Shown: piece by piece, positions 1 through 9,965 of the stretch
Layout: every line of letters begins with the position of its first letter
Numbering within the stretch: the first letter of the stretch is position 1
Position numbers and translations under genes: made by a program
The notes under the pieces: model-generated
The model's input: only the letters and a program-made list of their open reading frames with translations
Told to the model about the DNA's origin: nothing
Database searches by the model: none
From: an uncultured cyanobacterium
GTDB lineage: Bacteria; Cyanobacteriota; Cyanobacteriia; Cyanobacteriales; CAWUOF01
DNA: 64,000 bases
Reading direction: 5' to 3'
Assembly (NCBI GenBank): GCA_963744145.1
Contig: CAVUSO010000001.1
Location: 416,001-480,000, forward strand

Positions 1-215
1 GATGACAAGATTAACAGGATTTGTAGGGGCAGGTGAATGAATTTATGATCACAATCAACCGGGATTTGTAGGGGCAGGTTCACCAATCAATTATGCTCCA
101 AACAGATAACTATCATAAACCTGCCCAACCAACACAGATCAATTACAAGCGACTTTAACTGATCGCCATTCATGCAAAATCTTACTGTACTTCATCAACC
201 TAGAATCCGCTGTAT
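1..215. repeat. Composite REP-like repeat, copy 1 (cut by window start)
   Basis: Near-identical to 3569..3793 apart from a swapped internal 25-35 bp segment; contains GTAGGGGCAGGT...ACCTGCCC palindromic arms. Confidence 0.9.
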
Positions 216-467
216 TACTGACGGAATTGCTCTCTTTAGGATTAGTGTCTCTAAATCCAGATTTTTGACTGATTTTATGTATATTTTGATACAAATTCCC
301 GAAATCTTTCCCGAAAAAGCTAATGTCCCATCAAATTTTGGGAGTTTCGACCCAGGGATTCCCTCTCCTTTTCAGGTCGCTGGCAGGTAATGAAATGCTG
401 CAAACCCCATTCCCACGTCATCCAATTTTTCAGAAAAATATTGTTGATCTTTTAGAAAAGCTATATG

Positions 468-1778
468 TTAGAGTCTAGAGAAGAGAAAAGATATTCCTTC
501 CACCCCAATATCCCTTTTAAATCCCCCACCATCACCACCACCACCACCAACACCCCCAACTCCTACTGGGAGGTGTCCCACCGGAGCTGAGATATTAAAA
601 GTGAGGTCAGAGTAGCTCAACCAGTTTCCTCCTTTTCTCCAGACAACTTCATCTGCTAGTTTAACATAAGTATCGAAATCATAACTATCTAGCTTACCAC
701 CCAATTTGAGCCAGATCTTCTTCTGGACTGAAAACCCAAATTTGTCATTAGAATACTTTAACCACAACTGGTCAATGATCCGCAGTTCATTTTTCGGAAA
801 ATTACGACAGTTATCTTCTGTTAAGTATCCCTGTTTTTCCCTATTCATAATTTTTAACATGACTCGACCAGTTTCTTGATCTGCTTCTTGCCATTTTTTA
901 TCTGATAATAATTGATCTAGTTTCCTCAAATCACCTCTAGCAGTCACTAATTGCCCAGGTCCAGGAATATTTGGTGCAGATATCAATAAATCTAACCATT
1001 TTTGCATATTCTGAGGACGATTTACCGCATCAATCTCCATTCCTTTTAAAATTGCTGTTCTGAGGCGATCGCTAACACCTTCAGGAGAGAACAAATCGTG
1101 ATTTTCCAGTTTACGTTTTAATGAAGAAGTCGGTAATTGACCAGTCACTATAAAATAAAGAGAAGCAGCTAGAGTATAAACATCAACCCTCACATCACGA
1201 CTACCTTGAATATACTGTTCCCAAGGAGCAAAAGCTGGATTAGCTGGATGTTTAGAACTCATTACCGTGGGAATAATTTCCCCAGCAATCCCAAAGTCAA
1301 TTAAAACCGCCCGATTTTTATCGACAATAATATTCCCAGGGTGAGCATCCCGATGAACAATACCCTCTTGATGTACTATTACTAAAGCCTCGCCAATTTG
1401 ACGAATATAACTCACCGCAACCGATTCTGATAAAGCCCCGTTTTGTTGAACCAATTCCCATAAACTTTTCCCAAGAACCAAATCCATCACCAAACAAGGT
1501 GTATTTTCTTCATAAAACAAATCACTGACTCGGACAATATTTGGATGGGATTTCTGGGAAATTTTTGCGAGAATTTGCCCCTCTTGCTGAAAACGTTTGA
1601 CAAATTTGGGATAATCCGGATCAGCCTGTAAACCAGCATTGGGTGTTTTCAGAACTACAGAATGGTTAAGATGGAGGTGTTTAGCTTTGTAGGTAATCCC
1701 AAAACCCCCTTGTCCAAGAATCTGCTCAATCTGAAAAGGTCTATTTGTGAGTTTTTGTCCCGGTTGCCAAAACACCAT
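468..1778 (-). CDS. Ser/Thr protein kinase with C-terminal GUN4 domain
   Basis: GQGGFG loop, VHRDAHPGN, DFG motifs; GUN4 motifs KWQEADQET, IDQLWLKYSNDKFGFSVQK, APVGHLP. Confidence 0.93.
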   Translation of the reverse strand: MVFWQPGQKLTNRPFQIEQILGQGGFGITYKAKHLHLNHSVVLKTPNAGLQADPDYPKFVKRFQQEGQILAKISQKSHPNIVRVSDLFYEENTPCLVMDLVLGKSLWELVQQNGALSESVAVSYIRQIGEALVIVHQEGIVHRDAHPGNIIVDKNRAVLIDFGIAGEIIPTVMSSKHPANPAFAPWEQYIQGSRDVRVDVYTLAASLYFIVTGQLPTSSLKRKLENHDLFSPEGVSDRLRTAILKGMEIDAVNRPQNMQKWLDLLISAPNIPGPGQLVTARGDLRKLDQLLSDKKWQEADQETGRVMLKIMNREKQGYLTEDNCRNFPKNELRIIDQLWLKYSNDKFGFSVQKKIWLKLGGKLDSYDFDTYVKLADEVVWRKGGNWLSYSDLTFNISAPVGHLPVGVGGVGGGGGDGGGFKRDIGVEGISFLFSRL

Positions 1779-1990
1779 ACATATTCTCGAATTAACTCTA
1801 ATCCATGCTACTATGCTCGCTCACCATTTGAGTATACATTACCTTTAACGACAGCAACAGTTGTAGCGGAAAACTCTTAGCCGGAACTTTCCCCCCCCAT
1901 CGCAAAAACTCGAAAGTATTACACCCCGCTGACGACAATGAGACAGGATAAGATAAATAAAAAGCGATCGCGATTAATGAGGGGAGAGAA

Positions 1991-2575
1991 ATGGTTACAG
2001 CCATAAAAGAGCAAAGTTTATTAAGAAAAGTGTTTACCGTAGAGGAATTTTATAAACTGAGTGAAGTGGGGATCATCAAAGCAGATGAGCGAGTAGAATT
2101 AATCGAAGGGGATATTATCGAAATGGCAGCAATTGGGACTCGTCATGCAGGTTGTGTAAATTTACTAGTTGATATTTTTACCGAACCACCAATTAAAAAA
2201 TCTGCTTTACTGCTAGTCCAAAATCCAATCTTATTAGATAATTATTCACAGCCTCAACCCGATATTGCCGTAGTCAAGCGAGACTCTATTTTCTGTGGAA
2301 CCAAGCACCCTCAACCTCAAGATATCTTCTTAGTTATTGAAGTTGCTGATACTACTCTAAAAGATGATCGTCGCAAAGCTTTGATTTATGGTTTAGCTGG
2401 TATTTACGAATATTGGATTGTTAATTTAGATGCTCAATTAATCGAAGTTTATCGTCACCCTACTGTTGATGGTTATCGCGATCGCCTATCTTTCAAATCG
2501 GCAGAAACTATTTCACCTTTAGCTTTTCCTGATTTAGTTATTGCGGTTGATGATATTTTGCCTAAAATCCTTTAA
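1991..2575 (+). CDS. Uma2 (DUF820) family PD-(D/E)xK putative endonuclease, copy 1
   Basis: ERVELIEG, QPQPDIAV, LVIEVAD, GIYEYWIVNL motifs. Confidence 0.93.
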   Translation: MVTAIKEQSLLRKVFTVEEFYKLSEVGIIKADERVELIEGDIIEMAAIGTRHAGCVNLLVDIFTEPPIKKSALLLVQNPILLDNYSQPQPDIAVVKRDSIFCGTKHPQPQDIFLVIEVADTTLKDDRRKALIYGLAGIYEYWIVNLDAQLIEVYRHPTVDGYRDRLSFKSAETISPLAFPDLVIAVDDILPKIL

Positions 2576-2687
2576 TCGCGATGGCAATTAGAACTATACT
2601 GTATTGTTTTATAGTTTACACCCCGCCGAAGACAATGGGAAATGGTAAGATAAATAAAAAGCGATCGCGATTAATGAGGGGAGAGAA

Positions 2688-3272
2688 ATGGTTACAGCCA
2701 TAAAAGAGCAAAGTTTATTAAGAAAAGCGTTTACCGTAGAGGAATTTTATAAACTGAGTGAAGTGGGGATCATCAAAGCAGATGAGCGAGTAGAATTAAT
2801 TGAAGGGGATATTATCGAAATGGCAGCAATTGGGACTCGTCATGCAGGTTGTGTAAATTTTTTTAACGATATTTTTACGGAACCAAAAATTAAAAAAACT
2901 GCTTTGGTGTTAGTCCAAAACCCAATCTTATTAAATAATTATTCCCAGCCTCAACCCGATATTGCCATAGTTAGAAGAAAACCAGATTTTTATAAAGATG
3001 GACACCCCCAACCCCAAGAGATATTTTTAGTGATTGAAGTTTCAGACACTACATTAAAAGACGATCGAAAAAAAGTATTAATTTATGCTAAATCTGGTAT
3101 CTCCGAATATTGGATCGTGAATTTAGATGCTCAATTAATCGAAGTTTATCGTCACCCTACTGTTGATGGTTATCGCGATCGCCTATCTTTCAAATCGGCG
3201 GAAACTATTTCACCTTTAGCCTTTCCTGATTTAGTTATTGCGGTTGATGATATTTTGCCGAAAATTGTTTAA
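2688..3272 (+). CDS. Uma2 family endonuclease, copy 2 (697-bp tandem duplication of copy 1)
   Basis: Same motifs; termini nearly identical to copy 1 at the nucleotide level. Confidence 0.93.
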   Translation: MVTAIKEQSLLRKAFTVEEFYKLSEVGIIKADERVELIEGDIIEMAAIGTRHAGCVNFFNDIFTEPKIKKTALVLVQNPILLNNYSQPQPDIAIVRRKPDFYKDGHPQPQEIFLVIEVSDTTLKDDRKKVLIYAKSGISEYWIVNLDAQLIEVYRHPTVDGYRDRLSFKSAETISPLAFPDLVIAVDDILPKIV

Positions 3273-3377
3273 TCGCGATCGCCATCAGTTAATTTTAATC
3301 CCTAGACTATTGAGCCTGGAAATCTTCTCGTTATACAGCCTATTCCAGGTTTATGAAGTTCATCAAGGTGATCTGTG

Positions 3378-3464
3378 GGGCAGGGCGGGTTCATTAATAC
3401 CTCGACTGCGCTCGGCACAAGGGTTATTTGTGTGTGGCAAATTCAACGGTGAACCCGCCCCTAC
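3378..3464. repeat. REP-like palindromic element
   Basis: AGGGCGGGTTCA ... TGAACCCGCCCCTAC inverted arms. Confidence 0.7.
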
Positions 3465-3568
3465 AGAGATTCACCAAAAAATCGATCAGGATTAGAGGAT
3501 GACAAGATTAACAGGATTTGTAGGGTTTGTGGAGATATTTGAGGATAAAAAATGACTACGGATTAGAG

Positions 3569-3793
3569 GATGACAAGATTAACAGGATTTGTAGGGGCAG
3601 GTGAATGAATTTATGATCACAATCAACCGGGATTTGTAGGGGCAGGTTCACCAATCAATTCTGCTCCAAACAGATAACTATCATAAACCTGCCCAACCAA
3701 CACAGATCACTCACAATCTCTGACAGGCAAGATGCCTGTCCCACCATTCATGCCAAATCTTACTGTACTTCATCAACAGGTCATCCGCTGTAT
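3569..3793. repeat. Composite REP-like repeat, copy 2 (partial third copy at about 3489..3525)
   Basis: Direct repeat of 1..215. Confidence 0.9.
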
Positions 3794-3933
3794 CCCAAGT
3801 AATCCTGGGATATTTTTTTGTGTAATCAAATAATTAACAATAAGTATAGAATAATACATTTAAAAACGCAGATGGCTGCGCTTTTGAGGGATGGGACATA
3901 GTAAAATATTGAGTGAGTAAAGAGGTCAAGGAT

Positions 3934-4515
3934 ATGGTTACAGCAATAAAAGAAAAAACCAGATCGAGAAAAGCATTTACAGTAGAAGAATTTTATCGCA
4001 TGGGTGAAGTGGGGATACTCAAAGCAGACGATCGAGTAGAATTAATTGAAGGGGACATAATTGAAATGGCAGCAATTGGGACTCGTCATGCAGGTTGTGT
4101 GAATTGGCTAACTAAGTTTTTTTCTAAAAATCTAGATGAACGTGCTTTAGTGACAGTTCAAAATCCAATCCTATTAAGCGAATACTCGCAGCCTCAACCC
4201 GATCTCACTATAGCCAGGATAGATCCTAATTGTTATAGAACCAAGCATCCCCAACCCCAAGATATATTCCTAATTATTGAAGTTTCGGAGACTACTATCA
4301 AAGACGATCGCGAAAAAGCTTTAATTTATGGTTTAGCTGGTATTTCTGAATATTGGATCGTTAATTTAGATACTCAATTAATCGAAGTTTATCGTCATCC
4401 TAATGTTGATGGTTATCGCGATCGCCTATTATTGATGAGATTAGGTGAATCTATTTCTCCTTTGGCCTTTCCTGACCTGATTATCTCTGTTGCTGATATT
4501 TTGCCCCCATGCTGA
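3934..4515 (+). CDS. Uma2 family endonuclease, copy 3
   Basis: Uma2 motifs; start MVTAIKE chosen by analogy with copies 1 and 2. Confidence 0.92.
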   Translation: MVTAIKEKTRSRKAFTVEEFYRMGEVGILKADDRVELIEGDIIEMAAIGTRHAGCVNWLTKFFSKNLDERALVTVQNPILLSEYSQPQPDLTIARIDPNCYRTKHPQPQDIFLIIEVSETTIKDDREKALIYGLAGISEYWIVNLDTQLIEVYRHPNVDGYRDRLLLMRLGESISPLAFPDLIISVADILPPC

Positions 4516-6356
4516 AAAATCCAGACTATCAAGTAAAATCCTATCCAAAATTAGCCAAAAACGCTCCTCCACTTCAGCGTCTAATCAATTATGGACATAA
4601 ATATCGCCGTCAAATGTGGCTAGCGACTATTTGTTCAACTTTAAATAAATTCTTTGATTTAGCACCACCAGTTTTAATTGGAATTGCTGTCGATGTGATT
4701 GTGCATAGTCAAGATTCGATCATCGCGAATTGGGGTGTAAAAGATCCCTTCGGGCAATTTGTCATTTTGGGAATTGCCACAGTCATCATTTGGGTCTTAG
4801 AGTCAGCTTTTGAATATGCTTATGCTGTACTGTGGCGCAATTTAGCCCAGACCATTCAGCATGAGCTACGTCTCGATGCTTATAGTCATTTACAAAACTT
4901 AGAACTTGCTTATTTTGAAGAACGTAGCACCGGTGGGTTAATGTCTATTTTAAGTGATGATATTAACCAACTCGAACGATTTTTAGATACTGGTGCTAAT
5001 GAGGTAATTCAAGTTACAGCCACTGTACTTCTCATCGGTGGTGCTTTCTTTATTTTAGCACCAAGTGTAGCAGGGATGGCTATGTCACCCATGCCATTTA
5101 TTATCTGGGGATCGGTAATTTTTCAAAGGTTACTTGCTCCTCGTTATGCCGATGTACGAGAAAAAGTAGGATTATTAAATGGACAACTGGCAAATAATTT
5201 AACCGGTATAACCACAATTAAAAGTTTTACCGCTGAAGAATATGAAATTAAGCGGATTAAAAGAGAAAGTGAAGCTTATCGTCAAAGTAATCGTCGCGCG
5301 ATCGCCCTATCCTCAGCCTTTGTCCCATTAATTCGGATGTTAATTTTAGTCGGGTTCATCGTTTTATTATCCTACGGAGGCATGGAAGCGATCGCGGGTA
5401 AACTATCAGTTGGTACTTATAGCGTGTTAGTATTTCTAATTCAACGCTTATTATGGCCTTTAACTAGATTAGGAGAAACTTTTGACCAATATCAACGGGC
5501 CATGGCATCAACTAATAGGGTCATGAATTTATTAGATACACCGATTGATATTCATTCAGGGAATATTCCTTTACCACTGAGTTCAGTTCAGGGTGAAGTG
5601 ATCCTCAAAAATGTGACATTTGCTTATCAAAATCGCCATCCAGTCATTAAAAACCTATCTTTACATATTCCCGCTGGGAAAACCATTGCGATCGTTGGTT
5701 CTACTGGTTCGGGTAAAAGTACCTTAGTAAAATTATTATTGCGTCTCTATGAAATTAATGAGGGAAAAATTACCTTAGATGGGATTGATTTGCAACAAAT
5801 TCGACTGCAAGATTTACGTCAAGCAATCGGGTTAGTGAGTCAAGATGTATTCTTATTTCATGGGACAGTAGCCGAAAATATTGCTTATGGGACTTTTAAT
5901 GCGACAGAAACTGATATCATCAGAGCAGCAAAAATTGCCGAAGCTGACGATTTTATTAGGCAATTGCCCCAGCAGTATGAGACAATCGTAGGAGAAAGGG
6001 GACAAAAACTATCAGGAGGACAACGACAACGAATTGCGATCGCCAGGGTAATCTTAAAAAATCCGCCGATTTTAATCCTCGACGAAGCAACTTCAGCCGT
6101 AGATAATGAGACAGAAGCTGCGATTCAAAAATCCCTAGAACGCATCACAGTCAATCGGACAACGATCGCGATCGCCCATCGTCTTTCCACCGTTAGAAAT
6201 GCGGCTCAGATTTATGTGATGGAACAAGGTAAATTAGTAGAACAAGGGCGACATGAAGAGCTGTTAGAACAACAGGGTATTTATGCTAGCTTTTGGCGAG
6301 TACAATCTGGCTTAAGATTAGGACAATTAGGAAACACAGACAATGATGATGTTTAA
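4509..6356 (+). CDS. ABC exporter, fused permease/ATP-binding subunit
   Basis: N-terminal TM domain; [26 protein letters not shown]. Confidence 0.95.
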   Translation: MLKNPDYQVKSYPKLAKNAPPLQRLINYGHKYRRQMWLATICSTLNKFFDLAPPVLIGIAVDVIVHSQDSIIANWGVKDPFGQFVILGIATVIIWVLESAFEYAYAVLWRNLAQTIQHELRLDAYSHLQNLELAYFEERSTGGLMSILSDDINQLERFLDTGANEVIQVTATVLLIGGAFFILAPSVAGMAMSPMPFIIWGSVIFQRLLAPRYADVREKVGLLNGQLANNLTGITTIKSFTAEEYEIKRIKRESEAYRQSNRRAIALSSAFVPLIRMLILVGFIVLLSYGGMEAIAGKLSVGTYSVLVFLIQRLLWPLTRLGETFDQYQRAMASTNRVMNLLDTPIDIHSGNIPLPLSSVQGEVILKNVTFAYQNRHPVIKNLSLHIPAGKTIAIVGSTGSGKSTLVKLLLRLYEINEGKITLDGIDLQQIRLQDLRQAIGLVSQDVFLFHGTVAENIAYGTFNATETDIIRAAKIAEADDFIRQLPQQYETIVGERGQKLSGGQRQRIAIARVILKNPPILILDEATSAVDNETEAAIQKSLERITVNRTTIAIAHRLSTVRNAAQIYVMEQGKLVEQGRHEELLEQQGIYASFWRVQSGLRLGQLGNTDNDDV

Positions 6357-6774
6357 TCAACCCCAACCACAGCATGGTGAAAATAAGTGGCGCTCTCAAT
6401 TAGATCAATTTGTCAAAGAAAACCAAAAAGAATTAGCGGCGCTAGCTTGGGGTTTATTTCTAGAAAAGGGAGAAAATAATGATACATTAGGAATAGATTT
6501 GCAACCGACTCCTAGATTTGTTTCTTGTCCCCGGACAGCGATCGAAACTCTCAATACGAATGTAAAACAACATATTCAGGAAATCTTAGGAGTTTTAGAT
6601 GCTTACAATCCGGAGCAGGAAGTTGTCATGATTGGGATTGGTAAAGGACAAATTAAATTAATCCAATTTCAACCAGAGCCACCTCCACCTAAATGTTTCG
6701 CAGAAATTGGTAATAATGTTGATGTTTTATTAGAACAACTTGAACAAAGATTAATCGACATAATGCAGGAATAA
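6343..6774 (+). CDS. ccmS: Beta-carboxysome assembly chaperone CcmS
   Basis: Recognised motifs [46 protein letters not shown]. Confidence 0.8.
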   Translation: MMMFNQPQPQHGENKWRSQLDQFVKENQKELAALAWGLFLEKGENNDTLGIDLQPTPRFVSCPRTAIETLNTNVKQHIQEILGVLDAYNPEQEVVMIGIGKGQIKLIQFQPEPPPPKCFAEIGNNVDVLLEQLEQRLIDIMQE

Positions 6775-6857
6775 ATCAAGTATTTCCGCTCCTGAAAGCA
6801 GCGGAATTATCCTACAACCATGACTACAGAGCGATCGCTAAATCATTTTGCTTGCTT

Positions 6858-6895
6858 GTAGTAAGCGCTTTAGCTCGCTAAAGCGCTTACTACGA
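6858..6895. repeat. REP-like palindrome, possible bidirectional terminator between convergent genes
   Basis: GTAGTAAGCGCTTTAGC-TC-GCTAAAGCGCTTACTAC perfect inverted repeat. Confidence 0.8.
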
Positions 6896-6964
6896 ACCTG
6901 ATTTTTCATTCCTAATTATATCAAAGAATTAGGAGCTATAAACAGTTTACCATGAAGCAGCAAA

Positions 6965-7333
6965 TTAAGATTGATCAAACTCGAGCAAAGCCGAGAGAAG
7001 TTCTTGTTCTTCCGTCATCGCTTTCCGAATACGTGCAATCATCGAAGAAGCGGTATTTTTATTAACTTCAATTTCTTTCGCAAGTTGACGCACACTAATA
7101 TTTTGAGTTGAAGTCATCACCAGATTAATTGCTCGTACCCATTTGGGAATTTCTACATGAGTTTTGTGAAATAGCGTTCCCACAGTAACGCTATAGGAAG
7201 TAAAACATCCATTACAATGATAACGAGATTCATTTTTTATCGGTGTAGCATTAGTTGAATCACAGTAAGGACATTGTGGTTTGTTACCCCAGCGAATTTG
7301 TTCCAAATATGAACTGTTTTTTTGATTTTGCAT
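6965..7333 (-). CDS. IS1595-type transposase N-terminal Zn-ribbon plus HTH protein with no DDE domain
   Basis: CPYC...YHCNGC, SVTVGTLFHKTH, ISVRQLAKEIEVNKNTA..M..RIR; clean stop before the catalytic domain. Confidence 0.8.
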   Translation of the reverse strand: MQNQKNSSYLEQIRWGNKPQCPYCDSTNATPIKNESRYHCNGCFTSYSVTVGTLFHKTHVEIPKWVRAINLVMTSTQNISVRQLAKEIEVNKNTASSMIARIRKAMTEEQELLSALLEFDQS

Positions 7334-8034
7334 TGAAAAAACTCGACTCTGTTTACTAAATCTCTAACCAGATGTCAAAGAGCCAACAAAATCCCTGATC
7401 AGGGAATCAAAAGCTAAAATGTCAGGTTTTTAGCTCCATCCCTATCTATTGAAAAAAACCCCCAGGAAATTTTTTTTTCAATAATTAGAGATTAATTAGA
7501 GATTTGCGTAGCAGATATATGGTTTGGCTGTGATCAGCTGCAAGTCCCCAAATCGAAATCAAGACAGGTATATCCTTTTTACTAGTCGGTGACCCAATAA
7601 ACTAATTCAGATCTACGAACCAGGACTTACACAACACCGCTATAAATTGCGTTTTTTGTTGGGACAATTTCTAGATTGACCCTACAGATAGTGTTTATAC
7701 CGAAGTTCTAGAAAGGAATTAAAGGCTTAAGTTCGGGATTTTCATTTATGGGTCGTTGATCACGAAATATATAACATACATAACACATATTATGTTGTTT
7801 GTATGTTATAAAGGTAAAATATCAACTTGAGGGATGTCAATATAGAGCAGGAGGTTGATTTGATAAAGAAATATTAAGGATGCTGGCCAATTTTTAGTCC
7901 TAGGGACATTTTGTGCTATGGATACGCTGGGTGATAGTAGTACCCAGAAAAACATCAGGGTGGATCAAGAAAACCGACATTGACCTTAGCCCCAGCTATT
8001 TTTAAACCTTACCCAGCTGAGAAAGAGGGATAAA

Positions 8035-9162
8035 GTGATATCAGAAGAAAAAAAGCAAAGGTTATCCGAGCTACTTAAGTACATTCGTGGTAACGATGGA
8101 GTGAAAAAATTTGCGGCTCGTTTAGAGATTAAACTTCCCACTTATAGTGCTTGGGAAACAGCGAGAGCTTTTCCTAGTGATGAAATTTGGGAGATAATTT
8201 TACCCAAATTGTGCGAATTATCTAGCTTTACTCCAGAGATCATCGATCGCTATCTACGCGGAGATTACGAACTAACTGATTTAATTGAAGGATCAGCTCA
8301 AACTGGTTTACTACCTAGAGCTAGACCACTGATGACTATTGCCAAGTTTAGAGCTTGGTTACAAACCCTTTCTTTAACTCAATTAATCCAGATTTTAAAA
8401 GATGCAGTGGATCGAGCTGGATTTTTAGTATCGCAACAGGAGGATAGTGAAAAAATCCTCAATTTACCAACAGTAGATGAATCGAAAAGATCAACTGATC
8501 ATCCGAAAAAAAATCTATTTGGCAAAAATAGTCAAATAAATTTAATATCTACTCGCAGTAAAGAACCAGCCAAGTTGCAAGTAGACCTACTTGATCAAGA
8601 AGCGGTAGTTAGCATTATTTTCCAGTTGAGCAATAACTTATCTCTGGAAAAGATAGCGCAGGTAGATAACCGACTCCGTAACCTAATGTTTTCAAAGTTA
8701 CAGGATCTTGGTTTACTGGAAATGAGCAAATATCAACATCATCCTTTTTACATTTTAATGGAAACCTATAGGATGAATAACAATCTCAGTTACGAACAAT
8801 TTGCCGAACGTCTGATGAGAGAAGGTCTAGAAGCTGGTTTAGATCCTCAACGAATAGCAAAGATTGTGCGAGGTGATTATTTGCCCAATGATCTAGAACT
8901 AATTTGGATTGGCGTTTTTATTCGGAAATCGGATGGAAGTCTTTACAATCACGATGAATTAGTTGCTTTGCGAGATATGACATTTTCGGCTGATTCAGAA
9001 AAATTACCACTAGAGACATCTGTCGAAAATCATGCTACTCATATTTTATCAGACCATGAGGATACAGACAATGACCAGTTTCGGAATTTTGACCACAATA
9101 GCGTAGATGATGAAACTATTCTCAATGAACACAACCGTAATTTTAAACGAAATGGAAAATAG
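8035..9162 (+). CDS. XRE-type HTH protein, probably with a second HTH near the C-terminus
   Basis: KKFAARLEIKLPTYSAWETARAFP; second candidate LSYEQFAERL...DPQRIAKIVRGDYLP; acidic tail. Confidence 0.7.
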   Translation: MISEEKKQRLSELLKYIRGNDGVKKFAARLEIKLPTYSAWETARAFPSDEIWEIILPKLCELSSFTPEIIDRYLRGDYELTDLIEGSAQTGLLPRARPLMTIAKFRAWLQTLSLTQLIQILKDAVDRAGFLVSQQEDSEKILNLPTVDESKRSTDHPKKNLFGKNSQINLISTRSKEPAKLQVDLLDQEAVVSIIFQLSNNLSLEKIAQVDNRLRNLMFSKLQDLGLLEMSKYQHHPFYILMETYRMNNNLSYEQFAERLMREGLEAGLDPQRIAKIVRGDYLPNDLELIWIGVFIRKSDGSLYNHDELVALRDMTFSADSEKLPLETSVENHATHILSDHEDTDNDQFRNFDHNSVDDETILNEHNRNFKRNGK

Positions 9163-9179
9163 TCAAGTAGAGGAATAAA

Positions 9180-9965
9180 ATGTGGAATTATCAGGGTGAT
9201 AATGGTGAAGAATTGCAATTGGAAAAAGAGTTTCAGAGGAGTTCAAATGCTTTAACGACTGCTGTATTTTATCAATTTATTCCGGCTGAAACTAAAAAGA
9301 TTTTAGCTGATGTGAAAATTCAATTAATTACTGATGCGAAAATTCTGCGTTTTGATTGTCCATCGCGAAGAATAGCAGCTCGTTTGTTTAAAATGTCTAA
9401 TCTGATTTCTTTTGCGGTTTATGGTTTAAAGGAAAATTTGCAACTTAACTTTATTCCCAAATTGGAAATTCTCTGTACAGGACAGCAGTTTATCCCTAGA
9501 TTAAACCCGGAGAAATTAGTAATGGATAGTCTGACAGCAGAAAATCAGGAAAAAGTACCTGGAACGAATCTGGTGATCGCTGAGTTAGATTTGGATTTGA
9601 ATGAACTGTATCAAAATCCCAATCCAATTTATATTACCCAAATGTCAGACCAAAAAGTTTTATTTGCTAATCGAGCTGCATTGATATCGAATAATCGAGC
9701 TGCGGGAGAAATGGTTGGGAAAGAAATTGTGGCTCTTTGGGATGATGATATTCTGCAAGAATTGATGAATCGGTTAGAACGCGATCGCGAACTTTGGCAA
9801 TATAATTATCCCGGTTATCGCTGGGCAAAAGGAGAAAATTCTCGGATTTGGCAACGCGATCGCTATATGTTTTCAGCTAATTACAAATTGGTTGATTTTT
9901 TAGGTTCAATGTGCCGCTATTGTATTATTACATCAGCGGAAAAAATGCCACTTCAACCTGTCTAA
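9180..9965 (+). CDS. Hypothetical protein with C-terminal PAS-like domain
   Basis: NPIYIT..DQKVLFANRAA...EMVGK PAS-type signature; 17 bp downstream of the XRE gene. Confidence 0.6.
   Translation: MWNYQGDNGEELQLEKEFQRSSNALTTAVFYQFIPAETKKILADVKIQLITDAKILRFDCPSRRIAARLFKMSNLISFAVYGLKENLQLNFIPKLEILCTGQQFIPRLNPEKLVMDSLTAENQEKVPGTNLVIAELDLDLNELYQNPNPIYITQMSDQKVLFANRAALISNNRAAGEMVGKEIVALWDDDILQELMNRLERDRELWQYNYPGYRWAKGENSRIWQRDRYMFSANYKLVDFLGSMCRYCIITSAEKMPLQPV

Noticed and set aside
172..467. ORF 172..390 and a possible minus-strand gene fragment
   Set aside because: Starts inside a repeat and has no recognisable motif; the minus-strand reading contains a stop and could not be assigned.
6965..7333. 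Active IS1595 element
   Set aside because: No DDE domain, terminal inverted repeats or target duplication found.
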